A stretch of 64,000 nt of DNA from Tubiluchus corallicola (lineage: Eukaryota; Animalia; Priapulida). Made by a program: the position numbers and the translations under genes. The notes under the pieces were generated by a model. That model did no database searches. It had not been told where the DNA came from and worked only from the letters and a program-made list of their open reading frames with translations. The DNA is taken from assembly GCA_030141605.1 (NCBI GenBank), contig JAQGDQ010000084.1, positions 62,001-126,000 on the forward strand, given 5' to 3'. Shown piece by piece: positions 23,426 to 36,087 of the stretch (positions are counted from its first letter, which is position 1; every line of letters starts with the position of its first letter).

Positions 23426-26400
23426 ATGGCCCATTCTGCGGTAAAAGGACGACTTATTGCCGTTATTGGAGACGAAGTATGACTTCAGATATTAGCAGAC
23501 CTCTAAACGGGCAACAGTGTTAAGTCGAGACTCTAGAAATAATAACTGGGTTTTGCGCCCGCCTGTTGACGCATTTCTTGAATTGTGGAGTGTGCAGGCT
23601 TTTTTGAGATTAAAATTTGGAAATGTCCACAATTTTTTTCTTTCTAATAAGATCCTACAGAGCACAATATTGTCAGTAAAATAAGCAAAGCAGTGCAATT
23701 GCAAGCCCACTTATGAATTGTAGGAGTAGGACTGTTTCTGGACTGGCAAGTCTACCGTGTATAATACAAAACAGTGGAGCTGCTGGTAAAGTGCAAAGAG
23801 ACAGTATAGTTATTGTAATAAAGGATATTATGATATTAAGTGAAATTTTAAAAATGCAGTTTAATGGATAACACAAAGATTTTGTACCCTTGCCATTACT
23901 AAAGACTACACTTTTTTATTTTTAGGATACATGTGTTGGATTCTTATTAGGTGGCATTGGAGAAATGAATAAAGCACGGCAACCAAATTTCATGGTTGTA
24001 AATAAAGGTTTATAAACTTTTACATCATTGTGAATTTTCTCAATTAATCGTTTTTCTCCTTTTTTGGATGTTTACAAATTATGTTAGACTCTTCATTTTA
24101 ACTACGCTGACCTTTTGACATCTTTTCTCACCCAACGATGACGATTTTTTTACTTTGCTCAAGGCAAATTTTATTTTGTCAATAACAATTTTACCTAATT
24201 TGATGTATTAAAACATTATACATATAATATACTGGACAGCCGCTTAACGATGTTGTCCAACCAGTCAGCACGATGGCTGTTAGCTAGCGAGCTATTAATG
24301 GCAGTGTATTGTTCGATTGTTTACCATACAATGACTGACCAGGCAACATTACCTGCACCATGTACAGTATATTTGTCTACTTCGCAGATTTCAAAAGGTT
24401 TTTTTATAAATATTATTAAACTTGTTGACTGACCGCATAATAAATGCTGTAGCCTGAATCTACATGAATTTATGCACAACTTGGTCGTAAAATCACTAAC
24501 TAAATCGATGTATTTTGTATAAAGCAACCAAAAAAACCACGAGAACTTCTAAACGTGTTTTACTCGTCACACATCACTCCACTCAGTACATCATTCAACT
24601 CAGTACATCACATTACTCAGTACATATTGCATTATTCTGTTCTAAAAATGCAGTTGTAAAATAAACGGTGTAATTATTATGTTTATGCTTCCCGACTGAC
24701 TACTACATGCTAGCCGTTTGTATCAAGTGAGACTTGCAAGCAAACTTTATGCATTCAACCTTTTGCTACAGCAACCAGACTAAGTATCTAGATAAAATTC
24801 CCAAGGTCGCCCGGGGACTTTGCAGTGTTTATTGATTAATCGCTGCCTAGGCTTAAACGTTAATGAAAGAGAAGCCGCTATAGCTAGGTACTGGTAAGTA
24901 AGTTATATAGGTGGTTTCAGTTATAAACGTTTAAGTTATGTGATGTAAGCAGAATTGATTTTTGCCTCTGGGACATACCCCAATCCTTTTTCATTACTTA
25001 CTGTGGAAGTCTAGGTTTCGTTTAACGATGTTTCGCTGGAACGCACTGGCATCATTAAGCGAGGACTTACTGTCTAGCAGAAGTAGATTGAAAGAAAACA
25101 TAACGATTAACGCACTGATCACTGTTCTTGAACTATGGTGTAAAATACTCATTTTGCTATCTATATCACAAAAATGCTTGAATTATGCTTCTTACATTTA
25201 GCAGCAGCTCTTTTTCACACAGTAGCTTCCTTACTAAGCAGAAGTTACTATCAATATCTACGAGCATTTGACATTGAAAACCTACCGAAACTTGATGATT
25301 AATGCTGAATTATTAGACCTTGTTAAAAAATAATATTTGCAACAGTCCAGAAGCTTAGATCAGTTTAAGGTACAGTCTGAAACTAGGTTTTGTTTTAATA
25401 GATAATTTTAAAACAAGAGTGCTCCTTGTCCAATAAGCCTTTTCACAGTTCCAGCAAATCGTTAAAAGGTCAAAGGTTAAGTGTACCAGACACTGCATTT
25501 GTGTACACTTGACAAAACCTCGCAGTCCAAGCTATTGTAATGCAGTAGGCGGTGCTTAATAGACTCACGGTTAATTGACTCAAAAACGCCTGGAACGGGC
25601 CGCTTCTATTCAAATATACATAATAACTATTGGTAATTGACTCTGATAACCCCACATAATTGACTCAGTATTTTTCCTTCACGTATTTAAAATAAGATAT
25701 TTGTATGTAAAGAGTATTTCCTACTTTTATGTCATCTTTACTTCCCTTTTGTGCGCTATGTATACAGAAACAATCATGTTAAGTACCATTTTTTTGTAAG
25801 CAGGTACGTTTATCATGCGCTGATACTCTAGCGTAGTGGTTTTGCTTTGAATCTGTTACCCGCTCACCCACTGCTACCTAAAGAATTTCTGGAAGCTAAA
25901 CATTTAATCACTTGCCTAGCGGTTTCCTTTTGATGCCCTCATTGCAAATCACACTTTCAGGTTTAATGAGTTAACAGTAAAAGGTGCAGGTGCAGTAATC
26001 GCCAGTATTCCTTGTGACTTACAAGAGTAAACATCATACAGCAAATAAGAGCAATGTAACTGAACAGATGATTCAGAACTGTTTTAGTCATGCACAACAA
26101 CAGATTTTTAGCGTTTTTATTTTAACAAGAACTTTGTGGGCCAACTTCTTCGCGAGAAAATGAAGCAGCCGACCTTGAAGGAACTTTTGTAATTTTTGCA
26201 GACTTGGAAAGAAAAGTTTATGATTTAGAAACTTATACTTTTTAATTTATTGCTAATTCACTTATATAAATTAATATTTTAAAATATTTTTTCTAATTTT
26301 TAACTGCACAAAGTAATTTAGACATTACCTCATTTCTAAAATTCATTAAAACACCTTTGCAGTGCATAGTAACTCATTGTAATACTATACCAATCGGTTA

Positions 26401-29400
26401 ATAGGTTCAATCGGTTAATTGGGTCAAAACACGTCGGTCCCAAAGTGAGTCTATTAAGAGGGCCTACTGTAGTAACAGTTTTAACAGCTAGCTAGAACCT
26501 TACCTAATTCATTTTTTCTTGTTACCAAACAAATCTAGTAAATCACTCTATGCACAAACTAATGCATAGTCTGCATAAAACAACTCAAGTTACTGAACTG
26601 ATGTGGCAGATGGCTTTGCCTTACCCACATGTCTCGTGACGGTTGTAGTTAAGACACGTTGCTATGGTACATTTAACCTTTGACCTTATCAATGAAACAT
26701 ATAGCTGACTTGATGTTCATGAATAGTGTAGGAGTCAGCAAGGGCTGATAAACCTGAGGCACTCGGCAGCTGAATACTGCCTTTTCTGTTTAAAAGTAAC
26801 TCATCTAATTATTTATCAAAGAAGAATCACAGGCATTTTTGTAAAGCTGGTGGTTTTGTATTTTAACAAGATAAGCTGATTAGTAAGATTCTCATAATTC
26901 TAATAGTCATGAAGTGTTGCCAGGCACACGTATGCAATTTTTGCAAAACATTTGCAGTAAACCTTGTATAACATTAGTACAGTGAAGTATGCTCTTCATA
27001 AAGAGATTTTAAAAAAATTGTCTTGAAATTTTGTATCACTTACATGCCATCTTATTGTATGCAGAGCTTGCATTAGCAGTAATGCTGTATAAAACTTATA
27101 AATTGAAACTCCTGCGATAACTGCTTTATGTGCAGTTTCTAGGCTAACCAATCTATGAGAGTTGCACAAAACTGGCTGACAGATATACGTCTTCTTCATT
27201 AAACTCAATATATAATGCTGATTTAGATGTTTGTACTTTTTCAGCCACTACGGTGCATGAGATTGAGGAAACTTTCAAGAGCTTTGTAGCAAGAGATGAC
27301 ATAGCAATAATATTAATAAATCAAAACGTGAGTTTATAATGCATTAATTAATCGAAAACTTTGGAGACGTGTTTAGGCTTGGATTATTTCCGTTGTTGCG
27401 AAAATAGCGAAAGTGAAATGACTTAGATCGAAATGCTAAATGCTGTCCAAGTTCGAAAAAAGCCTGTCACTTTATTTCTGACTCAAATATGCGTAATTAA
27501 AGCTGAACCTGATTTCTGAGCATTTGTTGTTATAGGTGAGGAAAAAAAACAGGAAACAGTTGATTAAAATATGCACATAGTTTTTACGACTTATATTCTA
27601 CATTATAATGTTTACAATGAACAATGATATTTTAAATATGACCTACATATATGCACATAATTTTTACGACTTATATTCTACATTATAATGTTTACAATGA
27701 ACAATGATATTTTAAATATGACCTACCTACCTATATATATGTAGGTCATATTTAAAATGTCATTGTTCATTGTAAACATTATAATGTAGAATATAAGTCG
27801 CAAAAATTATGTGCATATTTTAATCAACTGTTTCCTGTTTTTTCCTCACCTATAACTACAAATGCTTAGAAACCAGGTTCAGCTTTAATTATGCATATTT
27901 TAGTCAGAAAAAAAGTGACAGGCTTTTTTCGAAGTTGGAAAGCATTTAGGATTTCGGTCTTAGTCAACTTCGGCATATATATATATATATACAATCAACT
28001 TCGGATATAAGGGACATATATATATATGGAAAAAATTGTCTTTTATGTGCGATGTCCCTTATAGCAGAAGTTGAGTCAGACCGAGGGTGTACCTAGACCT
28101 GTACTTTTACCCATATTTTTATGGATTATTGCTACACATTCAGTGCAAACAGTATGTGGGAAGCTCCTTCAGAGATGCGAGATGTATGTGACCGGGGAAA
28201 CCGAGCTGTTCGAAGGCCGGGCTTGCGAAAAGTTGAGGTTAAAAATCTATCAATTTCGCTTTGATCATAGGGTGCCTTATATGGGAGGTAATTTACTTGG
28301 GTTTCTATTACGAGGGACCTGAAGATATCGTCCCTTATAACTGAAAGTCCCTTATGTCCGAGTACCTTGTACACGAAGATTTTTACATAAGAGAAACATT
28401 ACGAAAAATTGGGACCGGTATTGGTGGTCCCTTATAAGCGAGTACATTATACCCAAGGTTGAGTGTATATGTATGTATGCTTTAGTATCACATGTTAATA
28501 ATGATTGATGCTAGAGGCGGCTCGTGTGTAGCTGCTGTGGAACTGCAACACCCCATATTTTCACTAAATGTTATTAATAATATTCAATATATTAAAGTTT
28601 TTTTTCTTTAGTTCTTTCTTTATACTTGTATTGTGCATGTCACGTGAGGATACTACTGTTTGATTCCCAGCCCAGCACAGTGTGCTCCAGCAGTGTGGTG
28701 TATGGCTGTTGTGCACAGTGTGTCTGAGTTAAGATGCAGCACTTTAGGTAGAGAAAGTACTGTCACTCATGCAGTTTGTGCTGTTAGTTGTCACGTGCTT
28801 AAAAACCGTGTACCAGCGTATTCTTATACTGCGACAAATTTGGCTATTTGTAAGCAAACAAGATTTTTGTTTAGGATTATATCAAGTGTGTCTATAAACG
28901 TTCGTATGTTTGTTTGTGACAAAATTACAATTACTATGTTTATTTCGTTTTACATAGTAGTAAAACAATGCTAAGAATTTTTTGAAGTAGCACCCCCATT
29001 AATTTTAGCTACAAGCCGCCGCTGATTGATTTACTATCAAAAGATTAAAATTGACATACTGCTGAATAAGAAGTTTCAAAGATAACATGTTGCTGGACTG
29101 CATACACACACTATGCTACTCAATACAGTAGTATTATATAATCGTTCCTAATATTGTGTTAGTATTGTGATATGTATTGAATCATGACTTAGGTGTATCA
29201 TTCCAGCCCTACTGAATACTTGGTACCAAGTAACTAGCTTTTAAATAGCTAATGGCCAAATACTAACCGAATAACTTTATTCATACTAAATCAGATTCAA
29301 ATGCAAAACAATCTTTTAAAAGTGACCAACGTAAAATGACATTCAATATCTTTTGGTTAGAATTCATTCACTTAGTCTTCACATTTTATATAACATAAGC

Positions 29401-32400
29401 TAGTGATGGGCAATTAATAGATTAATCGAATTAATTGAGATCACAACCATGTATAAATCAACATAATCGGCAATTGAACAGTAATTCAGTTAATCGAGAG
29501 CAAAATATACGCATTACACACTGACTAAAAAGCAGTGTTTTATCACGATTAAACGGAATCTTTGTATTTTTTCTTCGTTTGTCTCACCTTACACAATGCA
29601 CACAATTGTAAACCGCAGTGTTGGAAACTGGGCTTCTTATTCGCTTTCACGTGACATGTAGTTAACATAGTAATAGAGCAGTTAATGAACGTGTGTGTCT
29701 ACAACAATAGTTTGCGAGCTTGAAAATGGCAGACAGCGACGAAAGCCATGAAGAGGTTTATAACCTATATTTCAGTGCAGCTAAAACAGTAAAAAATTAC
29801 TGCGAAAGATTTAGATAATCGAATTATTTGAACAAGATTATAATTGAATTAGAAAATTTCAAAATTGCTCATCACCAACATAAACATAAGAACTAATCTA
29901 TTGTCCTTTGTGCAGACAGAACGAGTGCTAAGTTGCTGAAAAAGATACACTTGTGTTGTGTTATGTTTTTTGTGTGTAAACATTCATATAGAAAATGTAG
30001 AAGGTCATTGAAGGTTCAAGCTACTAAACTTTAGATTCTTCTGGTTTTTGTTGTGTTTTAATGACTGTGAGATAATCTTCGCTGAACTGTATTGTGATTA
30101 CGTTTTTTGCTGTTTTGTTGAAACAATTTTTATTTTAGGTAGCAGAAATGATTAGGTACGTTTTGGACATTTACAGTCAGCCGATTCCAGCTGTTTTAGA
30201 AATACCTTCCAAAGACAGTCCGTATGATGCAAGCAAGGATTCTATACTGCGACGTGCAAAGGTAAAGAAGCTATGCTAATATTGTGATTTCTGTTAATTT
30301 GTAACAACTTTGTCCTTTCTTGTGTGACTGAGTGGTTTAGATTTTGGACTGCAAGTCTTGAGTTCAATACCAGCGGCTGCAAATCCAGGGCGTATACTCT
30401 ATATGTGTGTTTCCATATAGCAATTAGTCAGCAATTAAGCTTTTCTAGATATAAACATACCATAAGTCTTCATTTCATGAGGATGATTTTGATACCAAGT
30501 TCATCACTCTATGTTATTTCTAAGCTGAGATAATCCATATTTAAGTTATGGCCCAGGTTACACACTGAAAAACATAATCTTGAGAAAATCACTGTTAAAG
30601 TCAGCCATTGTTTTTTGTCATGTTTCTACAAAACACTTAGCAACCGTGCAAATGCTGGTTGCTACGGACTTTGCAAGAACACGTTGAAGTTATGTTTAAG
30701 TCCAGTAGATGGCTCTTCGTGACAAAAATCTGGGCTCGGCAACAGAAAAAAACACGAAGCAAAACGACCACTTCCAGGAGCTACTACCGGATTTGCTTTT
30801 CTCAAAATAAGTACTAATTTCTAGACAGAAAAGTGAATACGGAGTTATAAAATTAGATTTTTAGTATTTTTTAAACATATTATTTTCTTGATAATTTGTT
30901 GCTAGAATATAAAAGTCCAACATATTTATCATTTGTTTTTATAAAAAAATTAACGTTTGACCAATTTTTTAGTGCATTCTACTTTGAAGCATCGTAACAT
31001 TGATTTAACTATGCCGACTTATGGACAGTTTTGCTGTTTAAGTACACATATATTCTTCGTCATTTGTGTGTTGCTTCCTTACCTGTATTGTTGTCCCTAA
31101 ATAGCCATTAGTGCTAATGTTATCTGTTAAATGAGCAACGGCAAATATATATTGCCTTTGCCTATCCCATGAATGAGAATAAACGTGTCTTTAAAAATTT
31201 GTTATGCTATTATCAACTTATTGTTACATGTACAAAACATGTTATGCACGGATGAAAACATGATGTTGTTGAACAATTCTTCTATTTTTGTTCTCTGCAA
31301 ACTCATCAGATTCTTTTAAAAAACGTCTTAAAAGACATTTGCTTAGATTGTATTTTTAAACGGTAATTAATTTTTTAATGCATTTTAAATTTTACGTAAT
31401 TTATTATTTTTTAATTTTGATACGTAGTTGAACTCCAATAACAACATAGGAAATCTCGCTGGTACCTTAAAATTCTCAATTTTGTATTTTTGTCTGTACT
31501 TTTTGACAATTTAATTTTACTATGTAGTTGAACTCCAATAACAGCATAAGAAAGCTCGCTGGTGCCTTAAAATTATCTAATTTTTTTATTTTTGTCTCTA
31601 TTTTTAACAATTTAATTTTGATATGTAGTTGAACTCCAATAACAACATAAGAAAGCTCGCTGGTACCTTAAAATTATCTAAATTTTTTATTTTTGTCTCT
31701 ATTTTTAACAATTTAATTTTACTATGTAGTTGAACTCCAATAACAGCATAAGAAAGCTCGCTGGTGCCTTAAAATTATCTAATTTTTTATTTTTGTCTCT
31801 ATTTTTAACAATTTAATTTTGATATGTAGTTGAACTCCAATAACAACATAAGAAAGCTCGCTGGTACCTTAAAATTATCTAAATTTTTTATTTTTGTCTC
31901 TATTTTTAACAATTTAATTTTGATACGTAGTTGAACTCCAATAACAACATAAGAAAGCTCGCTGGTACCTTAAAATTATCTAAATTTTTTATTTTTGTCT
32001 CTATTTTTAACAATTTAATTTTGATACGTAGTTGAACTCCAATAACAACATAAGAAAGCTTGCTGGTACCTTAAAATTATCTAAATTTTTTATTTTTGTC
32101 TCTATTTTTAACAATTTAATTTTGATACGTAGTTGAACTCCAATAACAACATAAGAAAGCTTGCTGGTACCTTAAAATTATCTAAATTTTTTATTTTTAT
32201 CTCTTGTTTTTGACAATTTAATTTTGATACATAGTTGAACTCCAATAACAACATAAGAAAGCTCGCTGGTACCTTAAAATTATCTAAATTTTTTATTTTT
32301 GTCTCTATTTTTAACAATTTAATTTTGATACGTAGTTGAACTCCAATAACAACATAAGAAAGCTTGCTGGTACCTTAAAATTATCTAAATTTTTTATTTT

Positions 32401-32925
32401 TATCTCTTGTTTTTGACAATTTAATTTTGATACATAGTTGAACTCCAATAACAGCATAAGAAAGCTTGCTGATACCTTAAAATTATCTAAATTTTTTATT
32501 TTTGTCTCTATTTTTAACAATTTAATTTTGATACGTAGTTGAACTCCAATAACAACATAAGAAAGCTTGCTGGTACCTTAAAATTATCTAAATTTTTTAT
32601 TTTTATCTCTATTTTTTGACATTTTAATTTTGATACGTAGTTGAACTCCAATAACAACATAGGAAACCTCGCTGGTACCTTAAAATTCTCAATTTTTCAT
32701 TTTTTGTCTCAATTTTTTGACAATTTAATTTTGATATAAAAAAACGAAACTTTTGGGCCATAATTTGCACCTCTTCCTGGCAGGAGCGAGACGAGCCCCT
32801 GACTTTCTGTATTTCACACTAATTTTTAATTCAAATGGTTTGCAGTTCTGTAGCAAGTGACGGATCTAATTCATGTTTATCTGATCTTCTTGCAGGGAAT
32901 GTTCTCAGCTGATGATTTCCGGTGA
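23426..32925 (+). CDS. ATP6V1F: V-type proton ATPase subunit F, complete, 122 aa. join(23426..23476,23926..24007,27245..27327,30139..30261,32896..32925)
   Basis: Five GT-AG exons give [122 protein letters not shown]. Confidence 0.96.
24233..25072. mobile_element. Tigger/pogo-like MITE related to 5036-5708
   Basis: Right end TTAAGCGAGGACTTACTG, and internal GCTACAGCAACC..CTAAGTATCTAGATAAAATTCCCAAGGTCGCCC shared in reverse with ~5480-5530. Confidence 0.7.
25431..26686 (+). mobile_element. Family C element interrupted by a nested Tc1/pogo-type MITE (25543-26469)
   Basis: Host sequence GCTATTGTAA|TA|GTAACAG, intact in the 55211 copy, is split by CAGTAGGC..CTTAATAGACTCAC...GTGAGTCTATTAAG..GCCTACTG. 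Confidence 0.85.
27419..27966. repeat. Long inverted repeat (fold-back) with ~230-bp arms, centre ~27735, and an ~80-bp tandem duplication in the left arm
   Basis: 27741-27966 is the near-perfect reverse complement of 27419-27646. Confidence 0.92.
27992..28465 (+). mobile_element. Tc1/pogo-type MITE inserted in (TA)n
   Basis: TA|CAATCAACTTCGGATATAA...TTATACCCAAGGTTGAGTG|TA; homologous to 1852-2250. Confidence 0.8.
28512..29024 (+). mobile_element. hAT-like MITE family D; another partial copy at 56898-57063
   Basis: AGAGGCGGCTCGT...ACAAGCCGCCGCTG; TSD ATTGATGC/ATTGATTT; homologous to 15754-16243. Confidence 0.82.
29401..29877. mobile_element. hAT-like MITE
   Basis: TAGTGATGGGCAATT...AATTGCTCATCACCA TIR; TSD ACATAAGC/ACATAAAC. 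Confidence 0.8.
30405..31047 (-). mobile_element. MITE family A copy with ATAT target-site duplication
   Basis: Same internal sequence; ATAT at 30401-30404 and 31048-31051. Confidence 0.85.
31410..32737. repeat. ~101-102-bp satellite-like array, ~13 copies, in the last ATP6V1F intron
   Basis: Unit TTTTGATACGTAGTTGAACTCCAATAACAACATAAGAAAGCTCGCTGGTACCTTAAAATTATCTAAATTTTTTATTTTTGTCTCTATTTTTAACAATTTAA. Confidence 0.95.
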
Positions 32926-33113
32926 GAGGAACCTCTGCTGTGAGGAATTGCACCTACAATGTTGTATTACGTAATGTTTTGTTTCCAGTAACAGTCACAG
33001 TGACTTATCTCAGCATGAACCGTGGGTGCAGTTAGTTAGTTTCTTTGTCAGTCTGTTGTAAGTGTTGATGTGGGTAAAAGCTTGGCTAGCTTGCTCATTG
33101 TGTAACTTGATTA

Positions 33114-33602
33114 ATTGTTTAGAACTTGAAAAGAGAACATTTGATTGAAAATAATGGGTTGCTTGTGGACTGTTTATAACTAATAATTCTGATAATTACA
33201 TAATGAACTTAGCTGCTCCACATGATTAAAGGAAAAGGGTACAGAAAATTTAATTATGGAGTGGGCAGTAATTGTATAGAACTTAAAAAGAGAACATTTG
33301 ACTGAAGATAATGGGTTGCTTGTGGACTATTTGCCACTAATGATTCCGTTAGTTACATATAAAGAAAGCATCATTGTTATGAACATAGCTGCTCCACATA
33401 ATTAAAGGAAAAGAGTACAGAAAATTTAATTATGGACTGGGAAGCAATTGTTTAAAGCTTGAAAGAGAACATTTGACTGATAATAACAAATAGTTATTTG
33501 AACTATTTGCAACTAATAATTCTATTAATTACATATAAGGAAAACATTATTTTTATGACTTAGCTGCTCCACATAATTAAAGGGAAAAGGTACAGAAAAT
33601 TT
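33114..33602. repeat. Three diverged ~155-175-bp tandem copies just downstream of the ATP6V1F stop
   Basis: AAGAGAACATTTGA...TAGCTGCTCCACAT.ATTAAAGG.AAA..GTACAGAAAATTT recurs at ~33114, 33270 and 33447. Confidence 0.85.
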
Positions 33603-35309
33603 TAGGACAGCTTTCGTGTTGTAGTTTTCAGGTGGCTTAAGATTTAGTGCTTGTACTTCTACCATGCTCTTTCTAATCACATTTATTCCATTATTCGTTA
33701 TGTCATACTTCCACCCAAAGAGTTTGTTATACAACTTCATTTGCTATTGTAGATTATAAAATAAGATTATGTTGTATGAATAATATATGCATAAATGAAA
33801 GACATTGAAAGGTTATTATGAGTGTAAGAATAATCATTGTTATTATGTATATGAGCAAAATAAGACTTTAAATATTAGTAAATAAAATGTGTAAAACTAG
33901 TAAAATTTGTTTGTTCTGAGAAATGAGCCTCCCACATTGGTGTCAGAGTATAAAACCAAACCAACAGTTCATTGTAACATTGGGTCCATTACATATAACC
34001 AGAAGACAAACAATTTCAAACCTCGCCTTGCAGAACCAGGAAATTAAGTTCCTCACCTCAACACAGCGTGTTTTATTTCAATTTTATTGTCACTCGTTCA
34101 ATTCTTTCAATATAATCTCTACATTGCGTTAAACTAAAGTACAACTACAGTCAAATCCCTTTATACCGCCTTTTTGGACACCAGAAAATTTTTTGTTAAG
34201 CGAGTTTGGCATTGCGACAAGGTGCAGTAACGAATGCGTGTCTACGCAAATACAGACATTTTGGTTTGCCAAAAATTTGGGCTTTAAGGAAGTTTGGCAT
34301 TATAACAAGGTGCATTAATGTATGCAAGTCTTCACAAATGTAGACATTTTGCTTTGCCAAAAATTTGGGCTTTAAGCGAGGCTGGCATTATAATGAAGTT
34401 TGACTGCATTAATACTGAAATATTGCTTTTACCAGCGTTCGTCTCATACACATTACAAAAGCTAGTGGTTATCGGTGTTCAGAGAACCTGAAGTAATTAA
34501 TGTTGTGTCTGAAGTGACAAAGTGCGACCTGACTGTCTCATTACAGAAGTCTACCCCGTAACTTGTAATGATAAATACCTCATCAGTTAGGCCTATAGCA
34601 TATTGTAATTACTCAAATGCTACTAGTCACTGCTTGCTAACGTGCTGCTACCACTGCATAAATCAACATGAAATGAAAGAAAAATCCGTGAAATAGTCTT
34701 AAGACTTGTAAATTACATATACAATACATGTGCAATGTTATAAACCAACTCTAACAAGTACGTAATCAAACATCTTTATAACATCCCTTTTATACTGCAA
34801 ATCTTGTCCAAATTTTTGGCGAAACAAAATGCTTATACTGTACTTGCATTGTATTAATACCCCTCGTTATAATGACAAACTTGCTTAATGCCAAGTTTTT
34901 GTGGAGTTCCAAAGCAGGCGGTATGAAAAGTGGTTCGACTGTAATTTCATTGTGGAGTTCCAAAGCAGGCGGTATGAAAAGTGGTTCGACTGTAATTTCA
35001 TACTAAGTACATTCAGTAACTATAAATGATGATCTTTAATCACAAATGGTTAAGATTAATCAACCTGAATAGTTTTGAACAACTAAGTTAAAATGACATT
35101 CATTTATTCGACTTAAACGAAACAATGAAAAAGTACAGCGTATCTTTACACATATTCAAACAAAAATTTATAACAAATGATAATTTATCAAATTTAAAAA
35201 TGTCTAAAAGCAGTCAAACTTACAAGGTAATTAACCAATGAACCTATGCAGGTTTACCGATCTTCGCTTAAGCTTTTTGGTTGCTGACCCAAGCAATCTA
35301 ACCAACTCT

Positions 35310-35948
35310 ATGCACGCAGGTTCTTTGTTCAGTACCCAACTATGCACCCAGCTTCTTTGTTCAGTACCCAACTATGCACACAGCTTCTTTGTTCAGTACC
35401 CAACAATGTAACCAACTCTATGCACCCAGCTTTGTTCACTACCCAACTATGCACCCAGCTTTGTTCAGTACCCAACAATGTAACCAACTATGCGCTCAGC
35501 TTTGTTCAGTACCCAACAATGAAAAAAATAAGCAACTATGCACCCAGCTTCTCTGCTCAGTATCTAACAATGTAACCAACTATGCACCCAGCTTCTTTGC
35601 TCAGTACCCAACAATGTAACCAACTATTCACCCAGCTTTGTTCAGTACCCAACTATGCACCCAGCTTCTCTGCTCAGTACCCAACAATGTAACCAACTAT
35701 GCACCCAGCTTCTTTGCTCAGTACCCAACAATGTAACCAACTATGCACCCAGCTTCTCTGCTCAGTACCCAACAATGTAACCAACTATGCACCCAGCTTC
35801 TTTGTTCAGTACCCAACAATGTAACCAACTATGTGCCAAGCTTCTTTGTTCAGTACCCAAGCAATTTAACCTACAGTCTAACCAACTCTATGCACCCAGC
35901 TTCTTTGCTTTGTACCAACAATGTAACCAACTCTATGCACACAGCTTT
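35310..35948. repeat. Modular 32/44-bp minisatellite ~140 bp downstream of the MSMO1 stop
   Basis: Modules TATGCACCCAGCTTCTTTGTTCAGTACCCAAC and AATGTAACCAAC in varying combinations. Confidence 0.92.
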
Positions 35949-36087
35949 TTGTAATCTTGAGCATGATCTAAAATGGCAGATAATCAAAGATTTCGATTCT
36001 TGAGGTGTTCGACTTTCCAACATTTTGGTTGAGTTAGTCTTCAATTCGCATCTCGTAAAAAACAGAACGAAACCGACAAAGCACCAG

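Noticed and set aside
30322-30390. Functional tRNA-Cys
   Set aside because: No acceptor stem or intact T arm can be formed; at most a SINE head.
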